Source: a virus
IMG/VR virus record: IMGVR_UViG_3300045988_106174
Length of the DNA stretch: 34,124 bases
Strand: one strand, 5' to 3'
Shown: piece after piece, positions 30,750-34,124 of the stretch
Numbering within the stretch: position 1 is the stretch's first letter
How the letters are laid out: every line of letters starts with the position of its first letter
Notes under the pieces: model-generated
Databases searched by the model: none
Seen by the model: only the letters and a program-made list of their open reading frames with translations
What the model was told of the DNA's origin: nothing
Translations under genes and position numbers: made by a program

Positions 30750-31076
30750 ATGAACAATTTTAGAAGATTCCGCGAAGCAAACAATGAATCACAACAGGAA
30801 ATTGCCGATTTTCTCGGTATCGGCAGAACCACTTACACAAAATATGAAACCGGGCAAATCAAGCCGCCGTACTCAAAGATTGAGAAGATGGCGCAGCACT
30901 GGAGCACAACGGTAGCAATCCTGATGGGCACGGAGGAAACTAAAAACCCCATCGGTGCATCCGATGAGGTTATCAGTGTTGCTGAGGCATTTATGCGCCT
31001 GCCGCCTGAGGCGCAGAAGGAAGCGCGGGCGTATCTCGACTACCTGAAGCAGCGATATAAGCGGCAAAAAGGCTGA
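30750..31076 (+). CDS. CI-like XRE-family repressor (108 aa, no peptidase domain)
   Basis: The start is at ATG 30750 (AGGTGA 5 nt upstream). It has the HTH_3 motif SQQEIADFLGIGRTTYTKYETGQIKPP and a short helical C-terminus. It is the first gene of the plus-strand lysogeny module. Confidence 0.7.
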   Translation: MNNFRRFREANNESQQEIADFLGIGRTTYTKYETGQIKPPYSKIEKMAQHWSTTVAILMGTEETKNPIGASDEVISVAEAFMRLPPEAQKEARAYLDYLKQRYKRQKG

Positions 31077-31270
31077 GTCCTTCCGTGGATAAAGATTCAA
31101 GGTCACGGATCAAATTCTCATCCAATGCGGCACTTCCTTTCTCTCACAAGGTGTTTATTATTTTAGAACAATTGTACGCTATAATCAATTGACATTTTGC
31201 CAAAATCCACAAGCGTATTTTTGGCAGCCAAGAATTTATCAAGAGAGTTTTAAGGGACAGGTGATGTGAT

Positions 31271-31867
31271 ATGGAGTATTCGACCAACGAATACGGCAGC
31301 CTAAAAATCAGAACTCAAATTGTCGGCGTCACATTCGACAACGAGGACGGCACAAGCCGTCAAGAGATTCTATCCGGCATTTCGCTTGATGGTTTTTATG
31401 GCGACATTGCGCTTCAGCGATACACATATAAAGGCGATCCAGCATATCGCGTCCTATGCGATGACCAAATTGTAGGGAATCTTCCTGCGGAGCTTTCCGC
31501 CAAAATTGCACCTATGGACGATAACGGGGCGGTCATTGTTGCGGATGACTTTGTCGTGTACGGCGGTCCTGATGAAGAAAACCCCGAGAAATCATATGGG
31601 GCTGCGCTAACGCTGAAAGTGCTGTCCTCAGCGGAAAGCGATCATATCTGGAAAAGGATACATGAATGGTCAGACCAGGCAAAGTGGTCGCGGGACGAAA
31701 CGCCAACGCAAACCGTCAAAAAAGGACTGTCAAGGGATGAGTATGAACGCGCAGTCTCCACGCCCAGGAAGGTACGAAAGATAGTGCTTATCGTCTTGGT
31801 GGCGTTGGCAGCGGCGGGTGTTGTATTTTTTAAGATAAGAGATGTTCTTTGGTCCATCGCATGGTGA
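31271..31867 (+). CDS. HIRAN-like domain protein with a C-terminal transmembrane anchor (198 aa)
   Basis: IVGVTFDNEDGTSRQEIL...IALQRYTYKGDPAYRVLCDDQIVGNLPAELSAKIAPMDDNG fits the HIRAN pattern. The C-terminal IVLIVLVALAAAGVVFF is a TM helix. AGGTGA lies upstream of the ATG. Confidence 0.55.
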   Translation: MEYSTNEYGSLKIRTQIVGVTFDNEDGTSRQEILSGISLDGFYGDIALQRYTYKGDPAYRVLCDDQIVGNLPAELSAKIAPMDDNGAVIVADDFVVYGGPDEENPEKSYGAALTLKVLSSAESDHIWKRIHEWSDQAKWSRDETPTQTVKKGLSRDEYERAVSTPRKVRKIVLIVLVALAAAGVVFFKIRDVLWSIAW

Positions 31868-31913
31868 AAACGTCGAAAAAGAGAAGGGCGACACCGTGAA
31901 ACCTGAGAGATTC

Positions 31914-31952
31914 GCCCCGCGCCAGCGTGTCATCGCTGACACGGGGCTTTTT
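31914..31952 (+). terminator. Probable intrinsic terminator after the HIRAN gene
   Basis: GCCCC...GTGTCA-tcgc-TGACAC-GGGGC is followed by TTTTT. The stem has a 5' bulge, so the fold is uncertain. Confidence 0.4.
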
Positions 31953-32087
31953 GCGACAAGCGACTGGGAACGCCTGTATCTGCATAGTACCTGATACTGG
32001 ATGAATTTGTAAAACCCACTTTGCACATCTTCGCACACAAGAACGTGTGTTTTATGCTGAGAAAACGACGAAAGAAGGACAAAATTT

Positions 32088-32564
32088 TTGAAACCTCGAA
32101 TTTCAGAGCTTTGCAGAAAGAACAAAGATACGATGAATCCGCGCAGGACCAACGAGGATCTGGCAGAGCGCACAAACCTGAGCCTGAACACCGTGGCGGG
32201 CTTCCTGCGCGGCGAGGTCTCAAATCCGGGCGTCTATACCGCCGGACCGATCTGTCGTGAGACCGGCGTGTCGCTGGACGACTACTTCGACATCACCACG
32301 CCAAGCCGCGAGGCGAGCGAGGAAGCCCGGCAGCTCGCCTCGGAGGTAGCGCTGCTCAAGGCAAAGAATGAGGGCTTGCAGCACGAAAATGCGAATCTGC
32401 GCGTCTCGCTGCGGATGCACCGCTTCACGACCGGCGTGCTCCTTTGTATCGTTGCTGCGGCGGCGATCGCTCTGCTGGTCGACGTCCTCAACCCCGATGT
32501 CGGCTGGATTCGCCGCGCGCTGACGCGTACGCAGCAGGTACTACAGGGGGTGCAACATCTGTGA
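32088..32564 (+). CDS. Membrane-anchored XRE-type HTH protein (158 aa: HTH, coiled coil, TM helix)
   Basis: The TTG start has AAGGA 8 nt upstream. It has the HTH NEDLAERTNLSLNTVAGFLRGEVSNP, a heptad region (ASEVALLKAKNEGLQHENANLRVSL) and a TM helix (GVLLCIVAAAAIALLV). Its stop overlaps the integrase GTG (GTGA). Confidence 0.6.
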   Translation: MKPRISELCRKNKDTMNPRRTNEDLAERTNLSLNTVAGFLRGEVSNPGVYTAGPICRETGVSLDDYFDITTPSREASEEARQLASEVALLKAKNEGLQHENANLRVSLRMHRFTTGVLLCIVAAAAIALLVDVLNPDVGWIRRALTRTQQVLQGVQHL

Positions 32565-33601
32565 GCGCAAAGCCTAAAAATCGCGGCAATAGCACCGGCA
32601 GCGTCTACAAACTGCCCAACGGCACATGGTGCGCAGCCGTGACGCTGGGCTATGAGATCATGCCCGGCGGCGAGCAAAAGCGCCGCACCCGCAAAAAGGG
32701 CGGGTTTAAAACAAAACGCGAAGCGCAGGAGTATATCCCGCAGCTTCGCGTGACGCCGCCCGGCATCGACCCGGAGATCACCTTCCAGCAGCTCTATACG
32801 GAGTGGTTTAAGTTCCATTCGCAGCTTCGCAGCAAGGACACGATGAACTGCTATGCCGCCGCGTACAAGTACTACAAGCCCGTCTGGTGGTGCAAAATGC
32901 GCGACCTCAAGACCGCCGCGCTGCAAGCCTGTCTTGACGCGTGCCCGCGCGGCAGGCGTACGCAGGAGAATATGAAGGCCCTCGGGACAATGCTGTACCG
33001 CTACGCCATGCGTGACGACATTGTCACGCGTAACTACGCCGAGCTGCTGCGCGTCGGAGGCGGCAAACAAGCGCCACGCGAGCCGTTCACCGCCGACGAG
33101 CTGGAAAAGATGCGAAAGGCGGTTGGCACTGTGCCCAAGATCGAGCTGGTGCTCATCCTGTGCTATACCGGCTTCCGACTGGAGGAGTTCCTCCAGCTCC
33201 GCGACACCGATCTGCATTACGACGAGATTGTCAAGGGCTATTATTTTATCGGCGGCGAAAAGACGGAGGCCGGCATCAGCCGCATCGTCGCCGTCAGTCC
33301 GAAGATCCTGCCGTATGTGCAGAGCTGGCTCAAGCCCGGCTATATCTTTTCGGAGGACGGCAGCCGCAAGGTGCAGCAGAAGAAATTCCGCAACGAATGG
33401 TACTACCCTGCCCTGGACGCTGCGGGCGTCCGCAGGCTCGTGCCGCACTGCTGCCGTCATACCTTTGCAACGCTTATGAAGGAAGTGGACGCGCCAGACG
33501 CCGACAAAGCCGCCATGATCGGACACACCAAAATCGACATGACGTACAAATACACGCACACGGATGTCAAATCGTCGTCCAATATCGCGCAGAAAATATA
33601 A
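32561..33601 (+). CDS. int: Tyrosine integrase (346 aa from GTG 32561)
   Basis: It has an arm-binding-type N-terminus (GSVYKLPNGTWCAAVTLGY) and a catalytic region with ...GFRLEEFLQLR..., HCCRHTFAT, GHT and YKYTH (the R..HxxR..Y pattern). The upstream 39 codons of the tracked ORF overlap the preceding gene. Confidence 0.9.
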   Translation: MSAKPKNRGNSTGSVYKLPNGTWCAAVTLGYEIMPGGEQKRRTRKKGGFKTKREAQEYIPQLRVTPPGIDPEITFQQLYTEWFKFHSQLRSKDTMNCYAAAYKYYKPVWWCKMRDLKTAALQACLDACPRGRRTQENMKALGTMLYRYAMRDDIVTRNYAELLRVGGGKQAPREPFTADELEKMRKAVGTVPKIELVLILCYTGFRLEEFLQLRDTDLHYDEIVKGYYFIGGEKTEAGISRIVAVSPKILPYVQSWLKPGYIFSEDGSRKVQQKKFRNEWYYPALDAAGVRRLVPHCCRHTFATLMKEVDAPDADKAAMIGHTKIDMTYKYTHTDVKSSSNIAQKI

Positions 33602-33620
33602 AAACAGCCTCTTGAAATGA

Positions 33621-33644
33621 GTGCAATAGCGAGTGCAATAGCGG
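33621..33644 (+). promoter_or_regulatory. Tandem arm-type repeats GTGCAATAGCG(A/G) x2 (candidate integrase arm sites, P arm)
   Basis: Two adjacent 12-mers lie 20 nt after the int stop. The same 8-9-mer recurs twice at 33932-33954, on the other side of the tRNA-like core. Confidence 0.5.
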
Positions 33645-33708
33645 AGATTTTTAGAGTTCATCCCTGTATTTTACAATTTAAGCACGTTCAAAAAGTTCTG
33701 AGCGCATA

Positions 33709-33748
33709 GAAAAAGCACCGTAAAACACATGTTTTACGGTGCTTTTTT
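33709..33748. terminator. Bidirectional intrinsic terminator (13-bp stem)
   Basis: AGCACCGTAAAAC-acat-GTTTTACGGTGCT is flanked by an A5 run and a T6 run. It lies downstream of int on plus and directly after the tRNA-like 3' end on minus. Confidence 0.65.
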
Positions 33749-33797
33749 GGTCCGAGTGACTGGATTCGAACCAGCGGCCTCTTGAACCCCATTCAAA
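33748..33797 (-). other. attP core: 3' 50 nt of a tRNA-Pro(GGG) (anticodon arm to CCA), not a complete tRNA
   Basis: The minus strand reads TTTGA-ATGGGGT-TCAAG (anticodon arm with U33, anticodon GGG, G37), then AGGCC, then GCTGG-TTCGAAT-CCAGT (T arm), then CACTCGG-A-CCA. The implied C1:G72 pair is typical of bacterial tRNA-Pro. No D arm or 5' acceptor strand lies upstream. Confidence 0.65.
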
Positions 33798-33931
33798 TAC
33801 GCGCGTCGCAGACTTGTTTGAAAATATGCTCGTATTGTAGCATATTCCCCGAAAATCATCAATATACCATCAGTATTTGTCGCTTTTTATTCCGAAGTTT
33901 ATACAACACAAAAAGCGATAAACGACATCGG

Positions 33932-33954
33932 GTGCAATACGGGTGCAATAGCGA
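33932..33954 (+). promoter_or_regulatory. Arm-type repeats GTGCAATAC / GTGCAATAGCGA (candidate integrase arm sites, P' arm)
   Basis: They have the same motif and orientation as 33621-33644, placed about 135 bp beyond the core. Confidence 0.5.
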
Positions 33955-33957
33955 GCG

Positions 33958-34124
33958 TCATTTTTCCGCGATGCACCGATAATACGCCGCGATTTTCTTT
34001 TCCGTACCGCCGCCGTCGCGATCCATCAAAAACGCCTTTGCCATCTTTGCGTAATAGTCCGGGCGATCCACGCCGTACTCGCGCGCGACCGCGCAATAGT
34101 CCGAGTAGATCATATTCATCGCCG
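33958..34124 (-). CDS. C-terminal part of the wrap-around hypothetical gene (see 1-432); 34006-34124 duplicates 1-119
   Basis: The TGA is at 33960-33958. The frame is continuous with the minus-strand frame that leaves the window at position 1. Confidence 0.6.
   Translation of the reverse strand, partial: AMNMIYSDYCAVAREYGVDRPDYYAKMAKAFLMDRDGGGTEKKIAAYYRCIAEK
34006..34124. repeat. Terminal direct repeat, copy 2 (identical to 1-119)
   Basis: Exact 119/119 identity with the window start. Confidence 0.95.

Larger units (their letters stand above)
1..34124. mobile_element. Complete temperate tailed-phage genome (siphovirus-type, HK97-type head), circularly closed contig; unique length 34005 bp
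   Basis: All phage modules are present: lysogeny, replication, packaging, head, tail and lysis, plus integrase and attP. The window ends overlap by an exact 119-bp repeat, and a minus-strand ORF reads in frame across the junction. Confidence 0.85.

Noticed and set aside
32282-33661. 459-aa minus-strand ORF covering the integrase region
   Set aside because: It is antisense to a plus-strand gene carrying clear tyrosine-recombinase motifs, and its translation is Arg/Ala/Leu-rich with no recognisable domain.
33748-33830. A complete tRNA gene next to the integrase
   Set aside because: Only the anticodon arm through CCA can be folded. The sequence upstream on the minus strand provides no D arm and no 5' acceptor strand complementary to CACTCGG.
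1-34124. CRISPR arrays, a DGR (reverse transcriptase with template/variable repeats), a retron, a toxin-antitoxin pair, or alternative genetic code use
   Set aside because: No reverse-transcriptase motifs appear in any frame, and no repeat-spacer structure is present. I noticed no near-identical repeat pair flanking the fibre genes. Genes are long and uninterrupted under the standard code. I could not run a systematic repeat search, so short diverged repeats may have been missed.

Overview
The window is a complete, circularly closed genome of a temperate tailed phage with siphovirus-type gene order and an HK97-type head module. The host looks like a GC-rich Gram-positive, Clostridia-like organism; that is inferred from GGAGG ribosome sites, the XhlA/holin/amidase lysis cassette and the KTR protein. 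Bases 1-119 are identical to 34006-34124, so the unique sequence is 34005 bp, and one minus-strand gene reads in frame across the junction.

Almost all genes lie on the minus strand in one early-to-late series:
- a Cro-like switch at about 30.6 kb, then a replication initiator with internal iterons and DnaB
- ParA plus a DUF3102 protein, then about ten small early genes
- an HUH Rep-like protein, a KTR zinc ribbon and an HNH endonuclease
- a fused TerS-TerL, then portal, protease, capsid, neck and major tail protein
- a chaperone pair with a -1 frameshift site, then tape measure, tail tip and fibres
- XhlA, holins and amidase, then four cargo genes

The plus strand carries the lysogeny module at 30.7-33.6 kb: a CI-like repressor, a HIRAN protein with a membrane anchor, a membrane-anchored HTH protein and a tyrosine integrase. 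It is followed by an attP region holding the 3' 50 nt of a tRNA-Pro(GGG) flanked by GTGCAATA arm repeats.

The signal I rate highest is a 26-28 bp perfect palindrome, core AAATTTCCCAACGTTGGGAAATTT, present three times. One copy is inside the DUF3102 gene next to parA, one is just upstream of terS, and one is in a tail-gene intergenic gap. I interpret these as a dispersed centromere for an uncharacterised ParA/DUF3102 partition system.

Other notable items:
- a promoter, small gene and double terminator placed directly in front of the late operon
- a TerS-TerL fusion
- an HUH Rep-like gene coexisting with a DnaB-type replication module
- a membrane-anchored HIRAN protein
- a convergent, overlapping gene pair driven by a near-consensus promoter inside the early operon
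- AT-rich mosaic patches in the host-recognition genes

I found no CRISPR array, rRNA gene, complete tRNA gene, reverse transcriptase or DGR. All family names come from my recognition of motifs in the translations, not from database searches.
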